Below, piece by piece: positions 12,040 through 24,243 of a stretch of DNA of 64,000 nucleotides; the first letter of the stretch is position 1, and each line of letters starts with the position of its first letter. Under the pieces are notes generated by a model, which was given only the letters and a program-made list of their open reading frames with translations, had not been told where the DNA came from and did not search any database. Source of the DNA: Chrysemys picta bellii (lineage: Eukaryota); NCBI RefSeq assembly GCF_011386835.1, contig NC_088794.1, positions 11,160,001 to 11,224,000 of the forward strand, written 5' to 3'. The position numbers and the translations under genes are program-made.

Positions 12040-13010
12040 CTCTGCTGAAAGCTGCGTCCTCTCTAGCATGCTGGGTGATGGCATAGTGGGTGGTAAAGGT
12101 GTGCACCAAGGACCAGGTTGCCTGTTTGCAGATCTCCTGAATGGGCACCTGGGCCAGGAAAGCAGAGGACGAGGCTTGAGCTTGTGTCAAGTGAGCTGTA
12201 ATAGCTGGGTCTGGGACCTTGGCAAGGTCATAACAGGTACGGATGCTGTCCGTGATTCAGGAAGAAATGCATTGTGAGGAGACCGGAATCCCCTTCAACC
12301 ACCACTACAAACAATTGGTTCAACTTCCTGAAAGGCTTTGTGCGCTAAATGTAGAATGCTAGCACTCTCCGGACATCTAGTGAGTGAAGCCTCTGGTCCT
12401 GGGCATTAGCCTGTAGCTTGGGATAGAAAACTGGTATAAAAATGTCTTGGCCAATGTGGAATTGGGATACCACCTTGGGCAGGGAGGCCGGGTGCGACTT
12501 GAGCTGTACTTTGTCCTTGTGGAAGACTCTGTGTGTGTGTGGGGTGGGGGTGTCGGAGGTTAATGGTTTCAACTCTGACACCCTCTTGGCCAATGTGATG
12601 GCAACTAGAATGCCACCTTCCAAGAGAGGAGGGAGCATGTAGCCAGTGGCTTGAATGGGGCCCCCATTAGCCTAGCTAGGACCAGATTGAGGTCCCAAGC
12701 AGGTACCGGTGGTTGAGACTGGGATATAGTCATTCCATGCCTTTAAGGAAATGGCCCACCATAGGGTTGGCGAATACCAAGCACCCCAACTCTCCTGGGT
12801 GGAATGCTGAGATGGCGCGAGGTGTACTTTGATGGATGATCCGGCCATACCTTGCTGCTTCAGATGCAGTAGACACTCCAGGATGAATGGTATAGATGCC
12901 TGAAGTAGAGGTACGCGACTGCGCTCACACCAGCATGAGAACCTTTTCCACTTAGCTAGGTAAGTGGCCCTGGTGGAAGGTTTCCTGCTGCCAAGCAGCA
13001 CCTCCGTCAA
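12040..13010 (-). pseudogene. DIRS tyrosine recombinase (SAM-like + catalytic domain), disrupted
   Basis: STRATYLAKWKRFSCW, AITLAKRVSELKPL, HSLDVRRVLAFYI, plus a downstream AHxTxA.. / FTTHY-type segment in other frames. Confidence 0.85.
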
Positions 13011-13029
13011 CGATTCCATGCATTGGAGC

Positions 13030-14946
13030 TCCATCGGGTTTAACCATGAAGCTTCCAAGCCATGAGATGGAGGGACTGGAGGTCCAGGTGAAGGAGGCAG
13101 CCGTGGTCCTGTGTGATCAGATTGGGGAGGAGCGGCAGCGCGATCGGGGTGTCCACTGGCAGCTCCAGAAGCATGGTGTACCAATGCTGGCGTGGCCATG
13201 CAGGGGCCAGCAAAATTACCTCTGCCTTGTCTCTGTGGATCTTGAGCAGTACCTTGTGGACAAGTGGTATCAGTGGGAAGGCATACAGTCAATGGTCCCC
13301 CCAGGGTAGCATGAACGCGTCTGATAGAGCCCGACTGTGCTTTTAGAAAGAGAAAAACATTGGACACTTCCTGTTGCTCCTGGTGGTGAATAGGCCTACC
13401 TGGGGAAACCCCACCTTTGGAAGATGGAATGTATGACATCTGGCTGGATGGAACATTCGTGGTTGTGGAACGACCTGCTGAAGTGGTCCGCAAGCTCGTT
13501 CCGTACTCCCAGGAGATAAGACACCTCCAAGTGAATGGAGTGGGCTATAAAAAAATCCCACAGCTGGACAGCCTCCCAACAGAGAGGGGAGGAGTGGGCT
13601 CCGCCCTGCTTGTTTACGTAAAACATGGTGGTGTCGGCCAGCGCCACCACGCACTGATCCTGTAATCTGGTATGGAAGGTCTGGCAGGCTGGTCTCATTG
13701 CTCTGAGCTCCTTTATATTGATGTGGAGCGGGACTTCAGACTGCAACCACCTGTCCTGTGTCTTTAGATCTCCTAGGTGGGCCCCACAACCCAGGTCTGA
13801 CGTATCCGTTACTAAGGTCATGGACGGTTGAGGGGTGTTGAATGGGACTCCTTTGCAGACCATGCGAGGGTCCAACTACCAGCCTAGGGTATCTAAGACT
13901 CACACCGGTACTGTTACTACTGAGTCCAAAGTGTCTCGACCTGGGTGATAAGCTGAGGCGAGCCATGCCTGGAGTGGTCTGAGTCTCAGCCTGGCATGCC
14001 TGACCACATAGGTGCATGCTGCCATGTGTCCACGGAGACTGAGGCATGTCCTCATGGTTGCGGTGGGGTATCATCTGAGAGTCTGAATGATGCCTGACAG
14101 TGTTTGGAATCTGGACTCTGGTAGTATGGTTCTTGCCTGAACTGAGTCCAGCACCGCCCCAATTAATTCTATTAGTTGGGTCGGTGACAACTTCAACTTG
14201 TCCACATTGAGGAGACCTAGTCTCTGGCAGGGTCTCTCTGACTAACCAGACCCTGGGACTCCATCTGCTCCCTGGAGTGCCCCCGCAGTAGCCAGTCATC
14301 AGGCAGGGATACACCTGTACCTGCCTCTTGCGGAGAAAGGCCGTGACCACGGACATGCACTTGGTGAACACCCGGGGGCTGTTGATAAACCAAATGGGAG
14401 CACCGTGAACTGATAGTGTATGCAGTTGACAACAAACCTCAGGAAACGTCTGTGGGCCAGCCAAATGGCTATATGAAAGTATGCGTCTTTCATGTCGAGG
14501 GCGGCATACCAGTCCCCCGGATCCAGGGAAGGAATAATTGGGCTCAGGGAGACCATGCGGAACTTCAACCGTACCATGAACTGGTTGAGTCCTCGCAGAT
14601 CTCAGATTGGTCTGAGACCCCCCTTTGCCTTGGGGATTTGGAAATAATGGGAGTAGAATCCCTTGCCCCTTAGCTCCTGAGGAACCTCCTCCACTGCCCC
14701 TATGGTGAGGAGCGATTGCACCTCCTGGATAAGGAGTTGCTTGTGCCAGGGGTCCCTGAAGAGGGACGGGCGAGGGAGTTGGGAGGGAGGGGAGGAGCAG
14801 AATTGGAGAGAATATCCCACTTCTACCATGCGAAGAACCCAGCAATCCGATGCTATATAGGACCATGCATGGTAGAAGTGAGATAGACAGTTCAGAAAGT
14901 GGGGGGAAGGATCCGGGATAGTGGCTGGTATGCTGTCTTTGGGCAT
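13030..14946 (-). pseudogene. DIRS RT - RNase H - methyltransferase-like region, disrupted
   Basis: ORFs 14602-14946 (FYSHYFQIPKAKGGLRPI), 14299-14577 and 13396-13875; MT motif LYAFP..LV.KVL.KI with an in-frame stop. Confidence 0.88.
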
Positions 14947-15168
14947 CCCTTCAAAATCCTTGCTTGGATCCCAACGATGGCTTGGTCGGGCCCTGCCCTT
15001 GGCCTGACGGAGGGTTAGAAGGTCTACCCGTATTGTTCCTGCCCCTACGGCGGTATGTATCCTGCCTCGGGCGGGGCTGGTATTGCATCTGCTGCTGTTG
15101 GGGTTGAGGCTTGAAGGGCTTTCTCTGGGTAGCAGGAGTGTGCATCCTCAGAGATTTCATAGTTGCCC

Positions 15169-17377
15169 TCAAGTCTTTGTGAAGTTGTGAAGCCTTGAGT
15201 TTGTCTGGTCCAAAAACAGCCCTGAGCCTTCAAAGGGAAGGTCCTGCAGGGTCTGTTGAACTTCCGGGGGAAGCCCAGAGGCTTGGAGACAGGCAGTTCT
15301 CCTCATGACCACCCCAGAGGAGATGGTATGTGCTGCAGAGACAGCCGAGTCAAAGCAGGCCTGCAGGGATGTCCTGGCCACTGCCTTCCTCTCCTCGACT
15401 AGAGCTGAGAACTCTGCCTTTGACTCAGTGGGGAGCAACTCCTTGTATTGGACATAGAGTCCCAAGAGTTAAAGTTATACCTGCTGAGGATAGCTTGTTG
15501 GTTGGCTATCCTCAGTTGTAGCCCCCCTGCAGCATACACGTTCCTGCCAAAGAGGTCCATACATTTGACCTCTTTTGCCTTGGGTGCTGGCGCCTGCTGC
15601 CCCTTGTGCTCCTTCTCATTCACCACTGGGACCACCAGGGAACAAGGGTGTGGGTGGGAGAATAAAAACGCATATCCCTTGGAGGGAACAAAGTACTTTC
15701 TCTCTATACCTCTGGCGGTGGGCAGAATGGAGGCTGGAGTCTGCCACAGGGTATTATAATTGTTGTGAATAGTTTTAATGACCGACAACGCCACTCTGGA
15801 AGGACCTTCTGGGGTGAGAATGTCCACCATCGGGTCCTCTGACTCGATGACTTCCTGCGCCTGTAGGCCTATGTTATGGGCAATGTGGCGGAGCAGGTCC
15901 TGGAGCGCCCTGTGGTCAATGGGCAGAGGACTGAAGCTGATGCTCCTGCCGCCGCCTCATCAGGCAAGGATGACAAGGAAGCAAGTGGGGGTACAGGGTC
16001 CTCGTGGCCCTCTATCTGCTCGGGTTGCTCCTGGATTGCATTGGACTTGTCCAGTGGTTCGACACAGTCGGATGTGACCTGGGCTACAGATGGGTCTGGA
16101 GCCGGTTCCGCTGTCTCCTCAGTAGTATGAGGGGGCAATCTGGAGAGGGTTGCTTCTGTAACCCGAGGGGCAGGTCTATCCATTGGTGACTGGGAAAGGT
16201 GACGTCCCAATCCCACTGACCTAGAAACCCTCGAAGGGGTACTCTGGGCCTGATGGTAAGCCTAAGGGGTCCAAAAGGGCCATTGCATGGCAGGCAGCCA
16301 CTGTGGCTGCCAGGGCAACTGTACGTGTCTCCGGCGCTTATTTGACCTATGTCTACTGCACCTCGAGTAATAGGAGTCGACCTCAGAGTCCGAGGATCCC
16401 AGTGCCAACAACCCCTGAGCTGGCGGTCGGTGCTGTGAAGAGGAAGTCAGGGATCGGTGCTGCGATGATCGTGTTGAGGATCGGCGCTGGCTGTCCCACG
16501 ACCGAGACCGGTGCCAGACAATGGCTGCTGTGCTCCGGTGCTGTGTCTCAGTGCCAGCCCAGCAAGGGTGTTCGCAATCAGTGCCGACCCCTCGGTGCCA
16601 GACCCATAGATCATTGCGCTCCTGGCCCCGGGCAATCTGGTACCGAGGCTGGTGCCAGGGAGTGTTGCGGTGATGGAGACTGGGAACAGTGCCAGGAACG
16701 GTGCTGGTCTGGCAACGAGGAGTCTCATCATTGCGGGCTTGCCTCTAGACAGCACCGGTCTAGGCGGTGCCGGAGGCTTCTCTCTAACAGTAAGGGGCTG
16801 AGGCGCAGTAACTTCTATAAGCTCCTTGGCAGCCTCTAAAGTGTCCTGGGTGGAGGGGGCCTCCAATGCCTCCACCAGGCACTGCCCTGCCAGACAGTCA
16901 CTGAGTGCCGAGCTCAACAGTGCCAACTGGGGCGACAGAGTTGACGGCACGAGCTCTTGCTGCTTGGAAGCTGAGTCCTTCCTCTGGAGCCGTAAAGCCT
17001 CCCCTGATGGTCTCGCTCTCTGAGAAGAGCACCCTCTGTCCGCCTTCTGTGGTGCCGGGGATCTTCGGTACCGAGGGTCTCTCGCACCAGAGTCCTTCCT
17101 CGGTACCGATTCGTGGACCGACACGGGGGCGCTCCACACTGAGCTCAGGCCCAGGCTTTGGCAGTCAGGTGCTGCTGGACGGAGTGTGGTTTCCATTAAC
17201 AACTGCTTTAAACAGAAGTCGCGTTCCTTTCTAGTTCTGGGCTTGAAAGCCTTACAATCTTGCAGCACTCACACTGATGCACCTCCCTAGACACCTCAGG
17301 CTCGAGTCGTGGGGATCACTATGGGGCATAGGCTTTCTGCATACACCGCAAGATTTAAATACTTGGGCTTGAGGCAT
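15169..17377 (-). pseudogene. DIRS gag-like ORF1, disrupted
   Basis: N-terminal Cys-rich knuckle (C-x2-C...DPH...CLG...CxxFKPRTxKER), a low-complexity linker, and a conserved block in ORFs 15399-15830 and 15169-15465. Confidence 0.75.
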
Positions 17378-17536
17378 GCGCCGAAGCCCAAGGCAGGGTG
17401 AGGGGAGAAACGATCCCACTCACCAAGTCTATACTAACTACAGGTAACAATAAACTAACTACTAGAACAAAAACTGGGTAGGACTAGGTAATAGCCTAAC
17501 TTGCAGCAAGCAAAACACAGTTCCAATGCTGCCACA

Positions 17537-17724
17537 GACGGTAAAAAGGAACTGAAGGGGGGTCAGATTGGCAGGGTCATATATTGAGCACCATGAGGGT
17601 GCCACTCCAGGGGGCTCCCTAGCTGACCCGACGGGGGCTGCTAAGGGAAAAAGTTTCCGACGACCATGCATGCGACGCCCACACACCTGATTGGAATCGA
17701 CATGAACAAGCACTCAAAGAAGAA
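17537..17724 (-). repeat. DIRS left (5') inverted terminal repeat
   Basis: The minus strand starts ttcttctttgagtgcttgttcatgtcgattccaatcagg and matches the right ITR from attccaatcagg onward. Confidence 0.85.
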
Positions 17725-18430
17725 GTCTAATACGCAATGAAGGGGACACATGAGCTGGAAGGAAAAGAAGCTGGAGTGATTTGGGGCTGAGTACATCACC
17801 TCACAAGACAGGAAGGTGACAGCCTTATCTGTGGCGGTGGGTGTAACCACATCTGGAATATTGGAGCTGATTCTTGGGTCCACAGCTCAAAGGGGTTGTA
17901 ATACTGGATTAAATAGCTGCCTAGGAATTCCCTAAGCCTAGGGGAATCCCAAGTGATGTAGAGTCTACATAGCTCAATGCCACACCCTGCCCCTCTTCCC
18001 AGCTGGCCTCAGAATCTAGACATAAAGGTGACATAAAGCCCCTTTGTCCCCCACCCTCTGGTTCCAAGTCTGCGGGATTCCAAGAATCAGGGGTGAATGT
18101 ATTCTGTTCTGAGCACCATGTTACCAGAAAGATATTGACAAGCCGGAGGAGATGAGGAATGAAGAGGAGACTGATTTATGGGGAAAGATTAAAGAGATAA
18201 ATATGTACAGCTTGGTTAAGCAAGGAGTAAGTGATAACAATAACAGCCTGCAAACATTTGAAGAGAGTAATCCCCAATGAGGGAGAGAAAGAGGGTGGTA
18301 CACAGGGGAATGGGATGACATTAAAAAAGGAAGCATCTAGGACGATTATCTGGAAAAACCTCCCTACAGTGAGATTATGAAATCAACACTCCGATCTGCT
18401 GCAGATTCACAAACTTCCATGAGGATCTGG
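17725..18430 (+). mobile_element. Old CR1 LINE 3' region (right part)
   Basis: Degenerate CR1 C-terminal coding trace (caggaaggtgacagcc...ccacatctggaatatt...) and 3' region (gaaagattaaagagataaatatgtacagcttgg...). Confidence 0.55.
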
Positions 18431-18559
18431 GCCTTGGAGCCTGTGAATTCCTCCCCATCCCACTATGGAGGGGAACTAAGAACACCCTTCTCCACCTTCT
18501 TTTCTTCCAGCACCAAATCAAAGGGCTACGGAGAGGGGAGTGCAGCAGGCCATTGTTAG

Positions 18560-18670
<111 letters not shown>

Positions 18671-18699
18671 TGAGCTCGTTCTGGAATGAAGATTGGGCG

Positions 18700-19521
18700 T
18701 GTCATAGCTATAAAGGGAAGGGTAACAGCTCTCCTGTGTACAGTGCCATAAAATCCCTCCTGGCCGAGACTCCAAAATCCTTTTACCTGTAAAGGGTTAA
18801 GAAGCTCGGGTAACCTGGCTGACACCTGACCCAAAGGACCAATAAGGGGCCAAGATACTTTCAAATCGGGGGGGGGGGGGAAGGCTTTTGTTTGTGCTCT
18901 TTGTATGGGAAGTCGTTCGCTCTCGGGACTGAGAGGGACCAGACATCAATCCAAGTTCTCCAAATCTTTCTAAACAAGTCTCTCATATTTCAAACTTGTA
19001 AGTAAACAGCCAGGCAAGGTGTGTTAGTTTTTATCTTTGTTTTCTCAACTTGTAAATGTACCTTTTACTAGAGTGTTTATCTCTGTTTGCTGTACTTTGA
19101 ACCTGAGGCTAGAGGGGGGTCCTCTGAGCTCTTTAAGTTTGATTACCCTGTAAAGTTATTTTCCATACTGATTTTACAGAGATGATTTTTACCTTTTTTC
19201 TTTAATTAAAAGCCTTCTTTTTAAGAACCTGATTGATTTTTCCTTGTTTTTAGATCCAAGGGGTTTGGATCTTGATCCTCCAGGAGTTGGTGGGAGGAAG
19301 GAGGGGGGATGGTTAATTTCTCCTTGTTTTAAGATCCAAGGGGTTTGGATCTGTATTCACCAGGGAATTGGTGAAGAGTTTCTCAAGGCTTCCCAGGGAA
19401 GGGAATCCACTTGGGAATGGTGGCAGCGGACCAGATCGAAGCTGGTAGTTAAGCTTAGAAGTTTTCATGCAGGCCCCCACATTTGTACCCTAAAGTTCAG
19501 AGTGGGGAAGCAGCCTTGACA
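18700..19521 (+). mobile_element. Solo LTR (Gypsy/ERV type), 822 bp
   Basis: Termini TGTCA...TGACA; perfect 5-bp TSD GGGCG at 18695-18699 and 19522-19526; ATTAAA at about 19205; no internal coding sequence. Orientation inferred. Confidence 0.88.
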
Positions 19522-20091
19522 GGGCGCATTGCTGATGTCCCCCCATCCCCTCTGACAGCACTCCCAGAAAGAGTGGTCTCCGGGGTCGTTGTCTGTAAAC
19601 AGTGGCTGGCTTTTGTTTCATCATTACACCTTTCACAGGAAAAAAAACAAGAGGGAGAGTGCAGGGAACAACACATCGGTGATTGGTTTAGTACAGCCCT
19701 CCCATGCAGTGCTATCCACCCATCCATCTTCCTTGGCAGGAGGCTTCTCCACCTCACTTCCAATTTCTTATGCAGGGGAGCAGGGGATAACAAATGCTCC
19801 TCCCTCCCCCCACCTCAAGTTGTGGGTCCCATTCAGAGGGGAGGGATATTTTTCCCCCTGCTCCTCCAATTTACTCTAAATCCCTTGGTGGTGGGGGAGG
19901 ACAGGTGCTCCTGGCCACACACACTCCCGCCCCATGCCTTTCCTTAGGAGAGGGAGGTGTGCCCTCATTTCTCCCCACCTCCAGTGCCTTAGGACTGCTG
20001 CACAGGAGCTGTTGCTCCTCTAGTTGGCCCCAGCACCCTGTGATGATGTAAGACTCCATCTGGGTGGAGCTTCTGCCCGAACAAGGTAGAG

Positions 20092-20426
20092 CAGGGGTTC
20101 CCAACCCTTTTCTTTTGGAGGCCACCCCAACATTCCATAAAAACTCCAGGGCCCACCTGTGCCACAACTGTTTTTCTGTATATCCAGTAGATCAAAAGCC
20201 AGGGGCAACATTGGGGGTAGAAAAGCAGGGCAATTACCCAAGACCCCAACTCACAGGGTGCCCTGCGAAGCTAAGTTGTTTGGGCTTCGGCCCGGCATGG
20301 CCGGGCTCGGGCTTTGGCTTTCTGAGCCCCAGCAAGTCTAACACCAGCATTGCTCTCTGATTTATTTTGGAAGACCGCCTGAATCCTGCTCGCGGCCCTC
20401 CAGGGGCCCCTGGTTGAGAATCTCTG
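20092..20426. mobile_element. Non-autonomous hAT (Charlie-like) MITE
   Basis: TIRs CAGGGGTTCCCAACC / GGTTGAGAATCTCTG; perfect 8-bp TSD AGGTAGAG. Confidence 0.88.
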
Positions 20427-21788
20427 AGGTAGAGAAATGAGAGGGTCAGTCAGGGGTCCATAACATGCAAAGTTAACATAAAAGTAAGCTCCTGTTATGG
20501 CGGGTATCACCAGATGGCACTGTTACCGAGAATCTTACCAGGTCATTTTCTTTGCATGGGAGCAGTGTAGAGTCTTTGAAGAAATGCTGTAATTTTGTTC
20601 ATTTTGTGATGCTCTTTTCTTTTCAGGTGAACTGTTGCAAACAGCAACAGTGTTTTCTCTCTGCCTTATAACTAGAGTCAATCCTGGGAGCAGAGTGGCT
20701 GCCTAAGACATGGGCATTGGTGTTTGTGCTAAGATCTCTGAAAGAGGAGTTTGCCTACATGCCATTTGTGGCCACATCTGATTCAGGACTTGTGTATGTA
20801 GTGTAAATAAACAAGCTACACTAAGATACATATCCAGACTCTGCATTACTGATTTCTCCTTCACAGGAAGTCAACCTGCAGGACCCTGACATCTCTATCA
20901 CTGAGGTTTAAAAAAACAGGCCATTTACTCACCCTGATGGTCATTGTTAAGAAAAATGACATCAGTTTTGAGACCTACCCTTTGAGCACTTAGCACACTT
21001 TGGAGGTGCTGTGTAAATAAATACAGGAATCTATAAATAATTAGAATAATTTGCAATCCTACTATTTTAAAAGTCTTTGGGCCTGATTCTCAGTGTGTCT
21101 AAATCAGCTTGATTTAAGTCAATGGATCCACATGGCTTTGCACCAGCTGCGAGTCTGGCCCTTTGGTGTTTGTTTGGTTGTTTGTCGTTGTCGTCACGTA
21201 ATTCAAACACCAAACAGTTGGGAGAACAGTATTCTTTCTGACCGTTTTGGCATACCTCTACCCGCTCCATTTCTACCAGTATGTGGAAGCTCACACTCCA
21301 ATTCTCTTCCCAGGAGTCCTCCAGCAAAAATAGGGAAGAGAAGTCTTGGGGTTTTAAGAATTTCTAAGGTAAAGAAAAAGCAGATCCCTCTCGTTTTTTT
21401 TTTTTTTTGGTTTTTTTTTTAGGCCTTCCTTATAGAACATAAGCAAAAGATGGCACAATCTGAATGTATTTATCCTTTAACGCAACAGTGGTCAGGACGA
21501 AACCCTACAAAATGTACTATAGGGAACAATCCTGTACTGGCTGTGAGACAGAGCCTTATCTAAAACTCATTTATGTCAATAGGAGTAAATTCAATGATGG
21601 CATTTGGATTGGATGGGACCTATAGGTCTTTTCCATTTCTACCTTCTATCATTTCAGAGTGTTCTGTCACTGCCTAAATGGGATTCTGAGCAGTTCAAGC
21701 TTATTTTCAGAGTCAGATAGAGCATAGCACTGTAACCCTTTCTGTCCTTGGTTCTTACAGCAGTAGATTGTGCCACCATTTAAAGCAT

Positions 21789-22850
21789 CGTAAGAACAAA
21801 AGAATGGCCGCACTGGGTCAGACAAGGGTCTATCTAGCCTAGTATCCTGTCTTCCGACAGTGGCCCATGGCAGATGCTTCAGAGAGAATGAACAGAACAG
21901 GGCAATTTCAACTGATCTATCCCCATCTGGTCTCAGCTTCCAGTAGTCAAAGATTTAGGGACACCCAGAGCATGGGCTTGCATTCCTAACCATCTTGGTT
22001 AATAGCCATTGGTGGACCTGTCCTCCCTAACTTATTTAATTCTTTTTTGAACCCAGTTATACTTTTGGCCTTCACAACATCCCCTGGTAACAAGTTCCAC
22101 AGGTTGACTGTGTGTTGTGTGAAGTACTTCCTTATGATCAGGGCCGGCTCCAGGCACCAGCGCAGGAAGCAGGTGCTTGGGGCGGCTAATGGAAAGGGGT
22201 GGCACGTCCGGGTCTTCGGCAGCAATTCAGCAGCGGGTCCCTCAGACCCTCTCGGAGGGAAGGACCAGCCACCAAATTGCTGCCGAAGAATGAAGCGACG
22301 CGGTAGAATAGCCGCCGAAGTGCTGCCAATCGTGGCTTCTTTTTTTTCTTCTCTTTGCTGCTTGGGGCGGCAAAAAAGCTGGAGCTGGCCCTGCTTATGA
22401 TTGTTTTAAACTTGCTGCCTATTAATTTGATTGAGTAGCCCCTAGTTCTTATGTTACATGAAGGGGAAACTAACACTTCCCTATCCACTTTTTCCCTACC
22501 TTTCATAATTGTATAGTCCCTAACATATCCCTCCCTTAGCTGTCTCTTTTCTAGGCTGAACAGTCCCAGTCTTTTAATCTGTTTTCACAGGGAAGCTGTT
22601 CCATATCCCTAATCATTTTCATTGCCTTTCTATATATCATTTTCAATTCTAATATGTCTTTATTTTGGGGATGAGGTGACCAAAACTGCATGCAGTATTC
22701 AAGGTGTGGGCGTACCATGAATTTATATAGTGGCATTATGATATTTTCTGTCTTATTATCTATCCTTTTCCTAGTGGTTCCTAATATTCTGTTAGCTTTT
22801 TTGGCTGTCGCAACACATTGAGCATATGTTTTCAGAGAACTATCATCATG
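21789..22850 (-). mobile_element. CR1 LINE 3' fragment
   Basis: ORF 22551-22910 contains PLYKFMVRPHLEYCMQFWSPH (CR1 RT C-terminus). The CR1 3' tail (ttcttttgttcttac on minus) is at about 21790. Confidence 0.9.
22139..22393. mobile_element. hAT MITE nested in CR1
   Basis: TIRs CAGGGCCGGCTCCA / CTGGAGCTGGCCCTG; perfect 8-bp TSD CTTATGAT. Confidence 0.9.
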
Positions 22851-23557
22851 GCAGACAACTACCATCCCACTGCAGTCTGGAAATGTTGGAAGAAATGTGG
22901 TTAGTATCATGGGGAAATTTTACATCTTTTTATAGTAATACTATTTAATAACAATTAATTAAATTTTATATTTACATAGCATTATTCATCACCACTGAAA
23001 TGCAGCCACCTCTGGAAGGGAGCAAGGCAACAGAGCAAAGCTATATAACAGTTTAGGACAGGAAGTGAAGAAGAATGCTGTATCCCCTCAAGAGGGCAGG
23101 GGGGATTTAGGAAGATGAAAGTACTAATAAATAATAATAATAATAATAGTAATAACTTTGCACTTCTGTAGCACCTTTCAAGGTGATGTACGGTGTGTAA
23201 TATTATTTTCATTTTGCAGATAAAGAAACTGTGGCACAGAGAGGTTAAAAGACCTGTCCAGCAGCATCACAAAAGTCAATGCTAGACTAAGGAATAGAAT
23301 CCAGGTTACCTGACTCCCAGTCCTCTCTGCTAAACTCTAGACCAACATTGCCACTCTGAGCTGGAATTTTGCTAGAACACCAAAGTCAACACCACTACCT
23401 TGTCAAGTATCAGAGGGGTAGCCGTGTTAGTCTGTATCCACAAAAACAATGAAAACAAAAAACACTACCTTCATGTCTTACCAGAAAGACTACACTTCCA
23501 GCAGCTCAGCAGGCCCAATCTCTGTATTGAAGCATAGGGCCAATATTGACTCAGTCT

Positions 23558-24243
23558 TAGGGTTACCATATTTTGTGCCTCCAAATGGAGGACACTCCAT
23601 GGGGCCCCGGCCCCGCCCCCAGCCCCGCCCACGCCCCAACTCCGCCCCCTCCCCAAAGTCTCCGCCCCCTCCCCTGCTTCCCGCGAACATTTGATTCGCG
23701 GGAAGCCTGAAGCAGGTAAAGGGGAGTGTGGGGGGAGGAGGCGCGGCCCAGGCTGGCCCCCCGGCGGCTCCAGCTTGGGTCGGCTTGGGCCCTGGGGTGC
23801 CGGCCCCGGCCCCCGGTCGACCACCCCCGGCCCGCCCAGCAGTGCCGGCCCCCGGCGGCCCGGCGCACCCCCCAGCTCCCGGCCCCGCGACCGGCACCTG
23901 GCCCCGCTCCCCGGCCCCGCGACCGGCTCCCGGCCCCGCTCCCCGGCTCCCCGGCCCTGCGGGCCTGGCTCCCCGCCCAGCCCCGCGCCCAGCCCGGCCC
24001 GGCACTGCGACCCCGGCTCCTGGCCCGGCCTGGCCCCCGGCCCGGCACTGCGCGCCCGGCCCGGCCCGGCTCCCGGCCTGGCACCATGCCCGCGACCCCG
24101 GCCCGGCCCCGCACCGCCGACCCCGGCCGAGCCCTCCCGATTTTCCCGGACATGCCCGGCTTTTGGGGATTTCCCCCCGGACGGGGATTTGAGCCCCCAA
24201 AAGCCGGACATGTCTGGGAAAATCCGGACGTATGGTAACCCTA
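23558..24243. mobile_element. GC/CpG-rich non-autonomous hAT element, 686 bp
   Basis: Perfect TIRs TAGGGTTACCATA / TATGGTAACCCTA; perfect 8-bp TSD CTCAGTCT; the interior is made of cccggcccc-type iterations. Confidence 0.92.

Larger units (their letters stand above)
11622..17724 (-). mobile_element. Full-length, decayed DIRS1-like tyrosine-recombinase retrotransposon (~6.1 kb)
   Basis: Inverted terminal repeats at about 17537-17724 and 11622-11843, and an ICR at 11885-11980. Internal order is gag-like (Zn-finger start MPQAQVFKSCGVC at 17377), RT (LDMKDAYFHI, FTVLPFGLS), RNase H (TDTSDLGCGAH, HINIKELRA), Dam-like MT (LYAFPLIP...LAPAWPRQHW) and YR (STRATYLAKW, AKRVSEL, HSLDVRR). Many frameshifts and stops. 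Confidence 0.93.

Noticed and set aside
20493-20891. Possible second LTR (TG...CA ends, aataaa near the 3' end)
   Set aside because: No target-site duplication at either candidate start, so boundaries cannot be supported.
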